NCBI GenBank assembly: GCA_910579615.1
Contig: CAJTUA010000003.1
Location: 97,230-129,229, forward strand
Reading direction: 5' to 3'
Length of the DNA stretch: 32,000 nt
Source: an uncultured Lachnospiraceae bacterium
Lineage (GTDB): Bacteria > Bacillota > Clostridia > Lachnospirales > Lachnospiraceae
The position numbers and the translations under genes are program-made. Under the pieces are notes generated by a model. That model was not told where the DNA came from, did not search any database, and worked only from the letters and a program-made list of their open reading frames with translations. This document shows, one piece after another, positions 13,663 to 22,631 of the stretch; the first letter of the stretch is position 1, and every line of letters starts with the position of its first letter.

Positions 13663-15756
13663 ATGACCAAACAACCTTATTACATCACAACGGCAATCGC
13701 CTACACTTCAGGCAAGCCTCACATTGGCAACACGTATGAAATTGTGTTGGCAGACAGTATCGCGCGCTACAAGCGCCTGGAGGGATACGATGTATTCTTC
13801 CAGACAGGAACGGACGAACATGGGCAAAAAGTGGAGCAGAAAGCAGCGGCAGAGGGCATCACGCCAAAACAGTTCGTGGATGGCGTTGCAGGGGAAATCC
13901 ATCGAATCTGGGATTTGATGAACACTTCCTACGACAAATTTATCCGCACGACGGACACTGAGCATGAGAAGCAGGTTCAGAAAATTTTCCGGAAGCTTTA
14001 CGACAAGGGTGACATTTACAAAGGCTCCTACGAAGGTCTGTACTGCACGCCGTGCGAGTCATTCTGGACGGAGTCACAGCTTGTGGACGGCAAATGCCCG
14101 GACTGTGGCAGGGAGGTAAAGCCTGCGAAAGAGGAGGCTTATTTCTTCCGCATGAGCAAATATGCCAACCGCCTGATTGAGCATATCAACACGCACCCGG
14201 AATTTATCCAACCGGTTTCGCGCAAGAATGAGATGATGAACAATTTCCTCCTGCCGGGCCTGCAGGATTTGTGCGTGTCGCGGACATCGTTCAAATGGGG
14301 CGTTCCGGTGGATTTTGACGACAAGCATGTGGTTTATGTGTGGATTGACGCACTGTCCAATTACATTACTGGAATCGGATATGATGCGGATGGGAATTCG
14401 ACAGAGCAATTCCAGAAATTCTGGCCTGCCGACCTGCACTTAATCGGAAAGGATATCCTGCGTTTCCACACAATTTACTGGCCAATCATGCTGATGGCGC
14501 TCGATGTGCCGCTGCCGAAGCAGATTTTCGGGCATCCGTGGCTGCTCCGCATGGACGAGACCGGAAAGAGCGTGAAGATGAGCAAATCGCGCGGCAATGT
14601 GCTGTACGCGGATGATTTGGCGGATTTGTTCGGCGTGGATGCGGTGCGCTATTTTGTGCTGCATGAGATGCCGTTTGAAAATGATGGCGCAGTCAGCTGG
14701 GAGCTGATGGCGGAGCGCATCAATTCCGATTTGGCAAATACACTTGGCAATCTGGTCAACCGCACGATTTCCATGTCCAATAAGTATTTTGGCGGCGTGG
14801 TGGCGGATGCGGGCGCGGCAGAGGATGTGGATGCCGATTTAAAGGCAGTGGCAGCAGGAACCGCGGGGCGCGTGGCGGAAAAGATGAAAGAATTGCGTGT
14901 GGCGGATGCGATTACGGAGATTTTTACACTGTTCAAACGCTGCAACAAATATATTGATGAGACAATGCCGTGGGCGCTGGCAAAGGATGAGGCAAAGCAG
15001 GGGCGTTTGCAGACGGTGCTTTACAATCTTGTGGAGAGCATTGTTATCGGCGCGGTGTTGCTTGAGCCGTTTATGCCAGAGACAACAAAGAAGATTCTGG
15101 CACAGCTGCACGCAGAAAAAAGAAGCTTTGAGGAGTGTAAGAGCTTTGGTGGCTATGCGTCCGGAACAAAGGTGACGGATGCGCCGGAAATTCTGTTTGC
15201 GCGTCTGGATATGAAGGAAGTGCAGGAGAGGGCAGCGAAGGTTGCCGAGGCGCAGAAGGCGGAAGCTGCGGCGGAGGAAGCAGCGCAGGGCGTTGCAGGG
15301 AATGCCGCGGGACAGTGTGCTGCTGCAAACAGAAAAGGGAATGTGCCGGGCATGACAGCGGATGTTTCCGGGGATGGAGCGGTAAGCCCGTGTGCAGAAA
15401 CACAGAGCGTGATTGATATCGAACCAAAGCCGGAAATTACCTATGAGGACTTTGCAAAGCTTCAGTTCCAGGTAGGTGAGATTATTGCGTGCGAGGAAGT
15501 TAAAAAATCTAAAAAGCTTCTTTGCTCACAGGTAAAAATCGGAAGTCAGGTAAAGCAGATTGTTTCCGGCATCAAAGCGCATTATTCCGCCCAGGAAATG
15601 GTTGGCAAGAAGGTGATGGTGCTTGTAAATTTAAAACCTGCGACATTGGCGGGCGTGGTTTCCGAGGGGATGCTGTTGTGCGCCGAGGATGAGAACGGGG
15701 AGCTTGCGCTGATGGCACCGGAGAAGCCAATGCCTGCGGGGGCGGAAATCTGTTAG
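13663..15756 (+). CDS. metG: methionine--tRNA ligase with a C-terminal tRNA-binding (Trbp111/EMAP-like) domain
   Basis: Track ORF 13342..15756. ATG 13663 is 6 nt after AGGAGG. Class I HIGN motif (SGKPHIGNTYE), Zn knuckle CTPCES...CPDCG, KMSKS (VKMSKSRGN), and a C-terminal FQVGEIIACEEVKKSKKLL...VNLKPATLAGVVSEGMLL. Confidence 0.95.
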   Translation: MTKQPYYITTAIAYTSGKPHIGNTYEIVLADSIARYKRLEGYDVFFQTGTDEHGQKVEQKAAAEGITPKQFVDGVAGEIHRIWDLMNTSYDKFIRTTDTEHEKQVQKIFRKLYDKGDIYKGSYEGLYCTPCESFWTESQLVDGKCPDCGREVKPAKEEAYFFRMSKYANRLIEHINTHPEFIQPVSRKNEMMNNFLLPGLQDLCVSRTSFKWGVPVDFDDKHVVYVWIDALSNYITGIGYDADGNSTEQFQKFWPADLHLIGKDILRFHTIYWPIMLMALDVPLPKQIFGHPWLLRMDETGKSVKMSKSRGNVLYADDLADLFGVDAVRYFVLHEMPFENDGAVSWELMAERINSDLANTLGNLVNRTISMSNKYFGGVVADAGAAEDVDADLKAVAAGTAGRVAEKMKELRVADAITEIFTLFKRCNKYIDETMPWALAKDEAKQGRLQTVLYNLVESIVIGAVLLEPFMPETTKKILAQLHAEKRSFEECKSFGGYASGTKVTDAPEILFARLDMKEVQERAAKVAEAQKAEAAAEEAAQGVAGNAAGQCAAANRKGNVPGMTADVSGDGAVSPCAETQSVIDIEPKPEITYEDFAKLQFQVGEIIACEEVKKSKKLLCSQVKIGSQVKQIVSGIKAHYSAQEMVGKKVMVLVNLKPATLAGVVSEGMLLCAEDENGELALMAPEKPMPAGAEIC

Positions 15757-15783
15757 TGCTTTTGCAAAGGAGGGCACAAGGCA

Positions 15784-17832
15784 ATGAGCAAATGGATATG
15801 GTACTATGGGGATTTTGAGGTTTATCACAGCCTGAAGCTGCATGCAAGGCGCGACGAGTTCGGTCACAATTTCCCGCCGTTCTGGCGGCTTGATGATTGT
15901 TGGCACAATGTAAGGTTTCGCAAGGAGGTGGAGCTGCAAACCCCGGAGGAAATTACCGTGTCCGCCCACGGGGTGGGCAATGTGGAGATTGACGGGAGAC
16001 GTCATGCATTGGACGAGCCGCTCCTTCTGACGCAGGGAAAGCATGGAATCATGGTTCATGTCCTGAATCCGGACGGACTGCCGTGCATTTATGTGAAAGG
16101 AAAAACGGTCGTAAGTGATGAGACCTGGCTTGTGAATTCTTACGGCAGGGAGTGGGTGAACGCGGGCAGCAATGCGCTGTATCTGGAAAAAAGTGTTAAT
16201 CCGCAGGAGTTTGGGTTTTCTTATGAGGAAATTGTACCCGTGCAAAAAAATAATGTGGACGGCGGTATTTTATATGATTTTGGCAGGGAGACTTTCGCGA
16301 AGCTGTATGTTGAAATACAGGATGGGGAAATGGATATATTTTACGGTGAGACGAAGGAGGAGGCGCTTGATGGAAGAAATTCGTATCTGAGGGCGCATAT
16401 TTTCCCGCAGTCGGGCATATGTTCCCGGCAAGAGTTAGAAAAAGCTCCCGGAAGAGTTTCACAGCCAGGGCAGGGGAACTTAGAGACTGCATACGGAGAT
16501 TTAAAGTGCGGGCAGGAGATTCCTGCCCGTGCCTTCCGCTACTTGTATGTTGTCAGCGCGCCGGAGCAGACATACTGCCTGCGCGCATACCATGAGTATC
16601 TTCCCCTGAAAAGACGCGGAAGCTTTCGCTGCTCGGATGAACAAATCAACAAAATATGGGATACTGCGGCATATACGTTCCACTTAAACAGCCGGGAATT
16701 TTTCCTTGACGGCATTAAGCGTGACCGCTGGGTCTGGTCAGGCGACGCGTACCAGAGCTATCTTGTGAACCGGTACCTTTTCTTTGATGCGGACATTTGC
16801 AAAAGGACAATCCTTGCCCTGCGCGGCAAGGAGCCGGTGGAAAAGCACATTAACACCATTATGGATTATTCTTTCTACTGGCTTATGAGTATCTACGATT
16901 ATTATGAGATGACAGGCGATACGGAATTTGTGCGCCGCATTTATCCGAAAATGGTATCGCTGATGGATTTTTGTCTGTCGCGGCTGGATGCGGACGGCTT
17001 TGCCGCACAGGTCGGGGATGACTGGGTCTTTGTTGATTGGGCGGAAATGGACAAAGAAGGGGCGGTCTGCGCGGAACAGATGCTTCTTGCCAGAAGCCTT
17101 GAAGCCATGGCAAAATGCAGCCAGGTGATTGGCCAAAGCTGCGATGATTACGATAAAGCATTTGTACAGCTGCGGGAGAAAATCAACCGCTTTTTCTGGA
17201 GCGAGGAGAAGGGGGCATTCATCGACAGTTTTGCTTCGGGGAAAGAAAATGTTACCCGGCACGCAAATATTTTCGCCTTGCTGTTTGGCTATGCGGATGC
17301 GGCGCAGCAGGAAAAAATTATAAAAAATGTCCTGCAAAACGATGCGGTTCTGCAGATTCGCACGCCGTATTTCAAATTCTATGAATTGGAAGCGATGTGC
17401 CTTATGGGGAACCAGGAAAAAGTAACACAACGTATCCAGGATTACTGGGGCTCCATGCTTGAAGCGGGGGCGACAACGTTCTGGGAGGAATACACGCCGA
17501 TGCTGCCGTGGGACGGGCAGCTGGCAATGTACGGCGACAAGTACGGAAAAAGCCTTTGCCATGCGTGGGGCGCGAGCCCGATTTATCTGCTGGGCAGGTA
17601 TTACATGGGTGTGCGGCCAACACAGCCGGGCTATAAAGCATTTGAGGTAATGCCGAATGCAGGTGGGCTTGACTGGTTTCAGGGAACGGTTCCGGTCGGG
17701 GAAGGAAGCGTTTTTGTCCACATGCAGCCGGAGGTGCTGGAGGTCTGTGCGGATGTGGGCGGCGGTGTTCTGCTCTGGAAGGGAGAACGCTTCCCGATAA
17801 AGAAAAATGAAGTAATACGGCTGCCGCGGTAA
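15784..17832 (+). CDS. GH78-like (alpha-L-rhamnosidase family) six-hairpin glycoside hydrolase
   Basis: AAGGAGGG RBS, 27 nt after the metG stop. The segment FFLDGIKRDRWVWSGDAYQS, the (alpha/alpha)6-type middle region and the C-terminal beta domain resemble rhamnosidase-family proteins. Substrate specificity is not inferable. Confidence 0.7.
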   Translation: MSKWIWYYGDFEVYHSLKLHARRDEFGHNFPPFWRLDDCWHNVRFRKEVELQTPEEITVSAHGVGNVEIDGRRHALDEPLLLTQGKHGIMVHVLNPDGLPCIYVKGKTVVSDETWLVNSYGREWVNAGSNALYLEKSVNPQEFGFSYEEIVPVQKNNVDGGILYDFGRETFAKLYVEIQDGEMDIFYGETKEEALDGRNSYLRAHIFPQSGICSRQELEKAPGRVSQPGQGNLETAYGDLKCGQEIPARAFRYLYVVSAPEQTYCLRAYHEYLPLKRRGSFRCSDEQINKIWDTAAYTFHLNSREFFLDGIKRDRWVWSGDAYQSYLVNRYLFFDADICKRTILALRGKEPVEKHINTIMDYSFYWLMSIYDYYEMTGDTEFVRRIYPKMVSLMDFCLSRLDADGFAAQVGDDWVFVDWAEMDKEGAVCAEQMLLARSLEAMAKCSQVIGQSCDDYDKAFVQLREKINRFFWSEEKGAFIDSFASGKENVTRHANIFALLFGYADAAQQEKIIKNVLQNDAVLQIRTPYFKFYELEAMCLMGNQEKVTQRIQDYWGSMLEAGATTFWEEYTPMLPWDGQLAMYGDKYGKSLCHAWGASPIYLLGRYYMGVRPTQPGYKAFEVMPNAGGLDWFQGTVPVGEGSVFVHMQPEVLEVCADVGGGVLLWKGERFPIKKNEVIRLPR

Positions 17833-17858
17833 TCCCAAAAATTGGGTCAAATATACTC

Positions 17859-17887
17859 TTGCATTTTGTCGTTTGCTGTGATACAAT
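17859..17887 (+). promoter_or_regulatory. SigA-type promoter (extended -10) of the antiporter gene
   Basis: TTGCAT (17859-17864), 17-nt spacer ending in TGa, TACAAT (17882-17887). Confidence 0.5.
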
Positions 17888-17946
17888 TTGACCTTGGATT
17901 TAGGTGAATTCATAGAAATTTTATAATTCAAAACATGGAGGCAGCT

Positions 17947-19143
17947 ATGGAGGCGTACAGTGTTTTTAAAGATCTCGCCATAATCATTTTGGCGGCAAAA
18001 CTATTTGGCATACTTGCAAGAAAATGCAAGGCACCACAGGTGGTGGGCGAAATTATCGCCGGTCTGATTATCGGACCAAGCATATTGGGCTGGGTCGCGC
18101 AGACGGATTTTCTTGTCCAGATAGCGGAAATCGGTGTTATCCTGCTTATGTTTTCCGCGGGTCTGGAGACGGATATCAAGGAGCTTTTGCGCACAGGACC
18201 GATTGCCCTGCTGATTGCGTGTGCGGGTGTATTTATTCCGCTTGTCTGCGGTACGCTGCTGTATATGGGATTTTACGGAGGTGCACCGTGGGGGAGCGAG
18301 GAGTTTTACAAGGCAGTATTTATCGGAACGATTCTGACGGCGACTTCGGTCAGCATTACTGTCGAATCACTGCGCGAGATGGGGCGGCTGAAAGGGAAGG
18401 TCGGCACGACCATTCTGAGTGCCGCGATTATTGATGACGTGATTGGCATTGTTGTCCTGACGGTTGTCGTCGGATTTAAAAATCCGGATTCCCACCCGGG
18501 CAAGGTCGCGCTGAATACGGTACTTTTCTTTGTGTTGGCGGTTGTGGCAGGTTTCCTGTTCTACTTTTTGTTCCGGAGGTTTGACGCGCGCTACCCGCAT
18601 ACAAGGCGCATCCCAATCCTCGGCCTGGCGTTTTGTTTTATCATGTCGTACATAGCGGAGCGCTATTTTGGCATCGCGGATATTACAGGCGCTTATGTGG
18701 CGGGCATTGTCCTGTGCAGTCTGCGGGATTCAAGCTATATTGCGGAGAAAATGGATATCAATTCGTATATGCTGTTCGGACCCGTTTTCTTTGCAAGTAT
18801 CGGGTTGAAGACAAACATTGACAGCTTAGATGGCTCCATCCTGTTGTTTGCGGTTGCGTTCGTGGTTGTCGGTCTGGTTTCAAAGATTGTCGGCTGTGGT
18901 CTTGCCGCAAGGCTGTGCAGATTCAAGGGAAAGGATGCAATGAAAATTGGTGTCGGCATGATGACGCGCGGCGAGGTGGCGCTGATTGTCTCGCAGAAAG
19001 GGCTTTCCGTGGGGCTTATGACACCAGTGTATTTTACGGCAGTAATTTTACTGATTATTGTTTCTTCGGTTCTTACACCGATTATTTTGAAGCTTCTGTA
19101 TGCGAAGGAGCCGAAGGAGGAAACGGTAGCGGTGCAAAGCTAG
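17947..19143 (+). CDS. cation:proton antiporter (CPA2, NapA/KefB-like Na+/H+ or K+/H+ exchanger)
   Basis: Track ORF 17935..19143. ATG 17947 is 5 nt after GGAGG. It is polytopic, and the N-terminus LAIIILAAKLFGILARKCKAPQVVGEIIAGLIIGPSILG is typical of Na_H_Exchanger family proteins. Confidence 0.85.
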   Translation: MEAYSVFKDLAIIILAAKLFGILARKCKAPQVVGEIIAGLIIGPSILGWVAQTDFLVQIAEIGVILLMFSAGLETDIKELLRTGPIALLIACAGVFIPLVCGTLLYMGFYGGAPWGSEEFYKAVFIGTILTATSVSITVESLREMGRLKGKVGTTILSAAIIDDVIGIVVLTVVVGFKNPDSHPGKVALNTVLFFVLAVVAGFLFYFLFRRFDARYPHTRRIPILGLAFCFIMSYIAERYFGIADITGAYVAGIVLCSLRDSSYIAEKMDINSYMLFGPVFFASIGLKTNIDSLDGSILLFAVAFVVVGLVSKIVGCGLAARLCRFKGKDAMKIGVGMMTRGEVALIVSQKGLSVGLMTPVYFTAVILLIIVSSVLTPIILKLLYAKEPKEETVAVQS

Positions 19144-19207
19144 GCTGCCGTCTGGGCGGATACAGGGATATCCGGGGATATGTCCATATTTTAACCAGCG
19201 AAAAAAT

Positions 19208-19250
19208 CCGGCTGTGGTATGACGATTTTGTCACGCAGCCGGGCTTTTTT
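19208..19250 (+). terminator. intrinsic terminator after the antiporter gene
   Basis: CCGGCTGTG (19208-19216) pairs with CGCAGCCGG (19234-19242). An inner TGAC/GTCA helix follows, then GC and T6 (19245-19250). An A-run precedes the hairpin. Confidence 0.6.
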
Positions 19251-19260
19251 GTTCATGTGC

Positions 19261-19288
19261 TTGATAATTTCCAGAAAACCGATATAAT
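19261..19288 (+). promoter_or_regulatory. SigA-type promoter of the diguanylate cyclase gene
   Basis: TTGATA (19261-19266), 16-nt spacer, TATAAT (19283-19288). Confidence 0.55.
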
Positions 19289-19396
19289 GAAAAAGATTCG
19301 GGCAGTGCGCCATGCGATAAAATCCCAAAAGCGCTCCAAAAGCCGGAAGGAACATAAAAATGCCATTACAACACATGAAATCCGGAGGGAATTTGC

Positions 19397-21337
19397 GTGC
19401 AGAAAACATTCATAAAATATACGTCTGCCATTATGACCGTGGGAATTTTGCTTATCCTTTCTTTTAATTTTGTATTTATGCTGCATAATATTGAGAATCA
19501 GAAGTTTGACAGTTTTTGCGGCAAAATAGAACAGATGATACATACCCTTGAAAATAACGAGATGGAGCTGGGGATAATAAGGGAAAATCTGGATATGGAT
19601 TACCTTACAAGGGCGAGGGCAGCTGCCTATGTATTGGACCACCAGCAGGATGTATCGATGGATGTTTCACAGATGCAGTACCTGGCAAAACTTTTGGATG
19701 TGGATGAACTCCACATAATTGATGAAAATGGAATTATTGTTGCCGGTTCCGTCTCACAATACGTCGGCATTGATATGGCGCAGCATGAGCAGACAAGCCC
19801 TTTTCTGGAACTTTTGGACGCAGAGGAGGACGCTTATCTGATTCAGGAAGAACAGCCCAATGCCGCGGAAGGCAACATTATGCAATATGTTGGGGTTCGC
19901 AGAAAGACCCAGAAGGGAATTGTGCAGGTGGGCTTTAAGCCGATACGGCAGTCCGAAGCCCGGGAGAGAAATTCGTACAAATATATATTTTCCAGATTTC
20001 CGACAGAGGAGGGGGAAGAATTGTTCGTGGCGGATGCTGTGACCGGGACAATTTTAGGGCATTCCGACGGTATTGACCGCGAATTTGCAGAGGAATGCTA
20101 TCAGCTTGACGAGCTTTTGGATTGCGGGGAGGGGGCATATAAAAAGGGCAGGGAGGGCGAAGTCATGTATGTGGTCAGCAGACAGTACGAGGATGTTCTG
20201 ATTTGCACCGCATTGCCGCAAAGAATTCTGCTGCGGGAACTTTGGATTAACATTGCCCTTACGCTGCTGTATTTATTGGTTGTGGAAGCTGTGGTGATTT
20301 TTATGCTGAATTATCTTGTGAAACGCAAGGTGATTGACGGCATTCATGGCATTATCGGGAATCTTTCCGCGATTACGAAAGGGAACCTTGGGGTTCGCGT
20401 CCGGGAGGGCGGAAACCGGGAACTGGAGAAATTAAGTGACGGAATCAATACAATGGTTGACAGCATTATAAGTATTTCCGGAAGGATTTCCAGGATTATC
20501 GAGATGAGCAAAATCCCTATCGCAGCGTTTGAATATGAAAGCGGGACGGGGCATTTGTTTGTTACTTCAGGGCTGAAAGGGCTGCTTGATATTCCGGACG
20601 AGAAGGCGGAAAAAATCTGTGCGGATTCGGTGCTGTTTGGGCGCTACATCCAAGATATTATGGAAAATACGGTGGAGGGGGAATCGGATATTTATAAAAT
20701 AAACGATGCAAAATACATCCGCATCCATATGTCCCGGTCGGAAAATAAATGCCTTGGGGTTATAACGGAGGTTACGCGGTATATGGCGGAGAAACGGCAG
20801 ATGCAGTATGAAAATACACATGACCCGCTTACTGGCCTGTACAAATATCCGCATTTTAATCAGCTTGCGCAAAAGGTGCTGCTAGAGCTTCCGGAAGGGA
20901 AAATCTGCGCTGCTGTCATGCTTGATTTGGATTCGTTTAAGACAGTCAACGACACGTTCGGACATGATATGGGGGATAAGTATCTGCAAAGCTTTGCGAA
21001 GGCTTTGCAGGAGCTTCCGCAGGAGCATGTACTTACAGCAAGGCGCTCCGGGGATGAGTTTTGCATGATGATTTACGGCTGCGGGGAGAGGGAGGAGCTG
21101 ATAGGGTATCTGGATTTGTTCTATGGGATATTGGGTGCAAATCCGGTTGCCCTGTCGGAGCAGGAGAGCAGAATCATCAGCGTTTCGGCAGGGTTTGCCT
21201 GGACGAAGGATTCGGGTATGGAATTGCCTGTGCTGCTGGCGCATGCGGATGAGGCGCTTTATGAGATGAAGCGGGAGGCGAAGGGGCATTACAGGGAGTA
21301 TGTGGAACGGAACCTGCCTTTTTTTCCGGGCCATTGA
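19397..21337 (+). CDS. membrane sensor diguanylate cyclase (extracytoplasmic domain, TM, HAMP, PAS-like, GGDEF domain)
   Basis: GTG start 8 nt after GGAGGG. TM1 is at aa 10-30, followed by an extracytoplasmic region of about 250 aa, then TM2 and HAMP. The GGDEF domain reads HDPLTGLYKYPHF...DLDSFKTVNDTFGHDMGDKYL...RRSGDEF. Confidence 0.85.
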   Translation: MQKTFIKYTSAIMTVGILLILSFNFVFMLHNIENQKFDSFCGKIEQMIHTLENNEMELGIIRENLDMDYLTRARAAAYVLDHQQDVSMDVSQMQYLAKLLDVDELHIIDENGIIVAGSVSQYVGIDMAQHEQTSPFLELLDAEEDAYLIQEEQPNAAEGNIMQYVGVRRKTQKGIVQVGFKPIRQSEARERNSYKYIFSRFPTEEGEELFVADAVTGTILGHSDGIDREFAEECYQLDELLDCGEGAYKKGREGEVMYVVSRQYEDVLICTALPQRILLRELWINIALTLLYLLVVEAVVIFMLNYLVKRKVIDGIHGIIGNLSAITKGNLGVRVREGGNRELEKLSDGINTMVDSIISISGRISRIIEMSKIPIAAFEYESGTGHLFVTSGLKGLLDIPDEKAEKICADSVLFGRYIQDIMENTVEGESDIYKINDAKYIRIHMSRSENKCLGVITEVTRYMAEKRQMQYENTHDPLTGLYKYPHFNQLAQKVLLELPEGKICAAVMLDLDSFKTVNDTFGHDMGDKYLQSFAKALQELPQEHVLTARRSGDEFCMMIYGCGEREELIGYLDLFYGILGANPVALSEQESRIISVSAGFAWTKDSGMELPVLLAHADEALYEMKREAKGHYREYVERNLPFFPGH

Positions 21338-21399
21338 CATGAGCAGGAGAAACATGCGAAGCTTCAAAAAAGAAAATCGAAACAGGAGAATAATATTAT

Positions 21400-21894
21400 A
21401 TGCATTTTGTATATTGCCCGCACTGCGGGGAGAAACTGATACACAAAGAAATCGGGGACGAGGGTCTGATTCCGTATTGCGAAAGCTGTTCGGTGCCGTT
21501 ATGGGACATGTTCACGACCTCGGTTATCTGTGCGGTTGTGAATGAGTATGACGAGGTAGCCCTTCTTCGCCAGAATTATGTGTCCGCGACAAAGTACGTG
21601 TGCGTCGCCGGGATTATGAAAATAGGGGAGAATGCGGAGGACACCGTTGTCCGCGAGGTAAAAGAGGAGCTTGGCGTTGACGTGGAGACGGTTCAGTATG
21701 TCCGCAGTTATCCTTATGAGAAAAAAGAAATGCTGATGCTGGGATTTTACGCAACCGCAAAGAAGAAGGATTTTGAATTGTCAGGTGAAGTCGATGCGGC
21801 GGAGTGGGTGCCGCTTGATGAGGCACCGGGGAAATTGCGGGAGGGGAGCATTGCCTGGCAGCTGGTGCGTGAAGTGACGGGGAAGATGGAATGA
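21400..21894 (+). CDS. Nudix hydrolase with an N-terminal zinc ribbon (NudC-like NAD(H) diphosphatase)
   Basis: CPHCGEKL...CESCS zinc ribbon. Nudix box GIMKIGENAEDTVVREVKEELGV. RBS AGGAG. Confidence 0.8.
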   Translation: MHFVYCPHCGEKLIHKEIGDEGLIPYCESCSVPLWDMFTTSVICAVVNEYDEVALLRQNYVSATKYVCVAGIMKIGENAEDTVVREVKEELGVDVETVQYVRSYPYEKKEMLMLGFYATAKKKDFELSGEVDAAEWVPLDEAPGKLREGSIAWQLVREVTGKME

Positions 21895-21936
21895 AGGAAG
21901 ATGATGTCCCATGTTCTGATTTTTACCATCCCTCTA

Positions 21937-21965
21937 TTGCTTTTTTCATCACACGGCGATATAAT
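21937..21965 (+). promoter_or_regulatory. candidate SigA-type promoter
   Basis: TTGCTT (21937-21942), 17-nt spacer, TATAAT (21960-21965). Confidence 0.45.
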
Positions 21966-22010
21966 AATCGAAGGACGATTACATAATTAAAAGAACGGAG
22001 TGATGCAACC

Positions 22011-22532
22011 ATGGACCAAAACGAGGAATTTATCCGCACTTTAAAAATTGAGGATGTGCCGTGGAACAGGCTTACTACGGCATACGGGATGGCAACAGAG
22101 CTGCCGGAATATCTTAAGACAGTGCAGGCGATGTCCAACCGGGGCAGTGTAAAGGAAGCATTGGGGGAAATTTTGGACAATATTGAGCACCAGAGTTCAC
22201 TGTGGCATTCCACGCCTTTTGCTCTGATTTTCCTTGTGCGCATTTACCATGATGCGGAAAAGCAAAAAGAAAGCAACAAAACGGCAGCATGGCTGCTGGA
22301 GGAGCTTGAGGATTTTTTTGTGCTGCTTATCGGATATCATGACGATTTGGATGATTTTGAAAGTGAGGAACCGCTGCCGCTGTTTTCGGATATGCTAAAT
22401 GAGGAATATCTCTGGCCGGAAGACCTGGACGAGGAGGAACAGGACGAGTGGTGGGATAAGGGTTATGCGGATGAACTGCATACCAGCATCTGCTATTACT
22501 CGTATGAGCTTTTGAAGGAGTTTGATGTATGA
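22011..22532 (+). CDS. hypothetical protein (173 aa), helical N-terminal half and strongly acidic C-terminal half
   Basis: ATG 22011 follows ACGGAG. The opening VPWNRLTTAYGMATELPEYL...HQSSLWHSTPFALIFL resembles a widespread uncharacterised helical-repeat family (from memory). The C-terminal part is D/E-rich. Confidence 0.7.
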   Translation: MDQNEEFIRTLKIEDVPWNRLTTAYGMATELPEYLKTVQAMSNRGSVKEALGEILDNIEHQSSLWHSTPFALIFLVRIYHDAEKQKESNKTAAWLLEELEDFFVLLIGYHDDLDDFESEEPLPLFSDMLNEEYLWPEDLDEEEQDEWWDKGYADELHTSICYYSYELLKEFDV

Positions 22533-22586
22533 ATGACAGCGGCGGTTTGGCAAATGTCCAAGCCGCCGCTGTTGCCACAGGAAAGA

Positions 22587-22615
22587 GGGAGCGCATTTGA
22601 AGCACTCCCTTTTTC
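22587..22615 (+). terminator. intrinsic terminator
   Basis: GGGAGCGC (22587-22594) pairs with GCACTCCC (22602-22609) with one mismatch, followed by TTTTTCT. A second 14-bp hairpin, CAGCGGCGGTTTGG/CCAAGCCGCCGCTG, lies just upstream. Confidence 0.55.
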
Positions 22616-22631
22616 TGGAATTTTTCGAAAT

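Noticed and set aside
15229-15420. Ala/Glu-rich insertion of about 60 aa in MetRS as a novel domain
   Set aside because: It sits exactly at the usual flexible linker between the anticodon-binding domain and the C-terminal tRNA-binding domain. It is low-complexity. It is most simply a longer linker.
16738-17931. 397-aa ORF antisense to the GH78-like gene
   Set aside because: It lies almost entirely within a well-supported sense gene. Its composition is the R/H/P/F-rich type typical of antisense frames of GC-rich-codon genes, and it has no RBS. The same reasoning applies to 15631..16245 (-).
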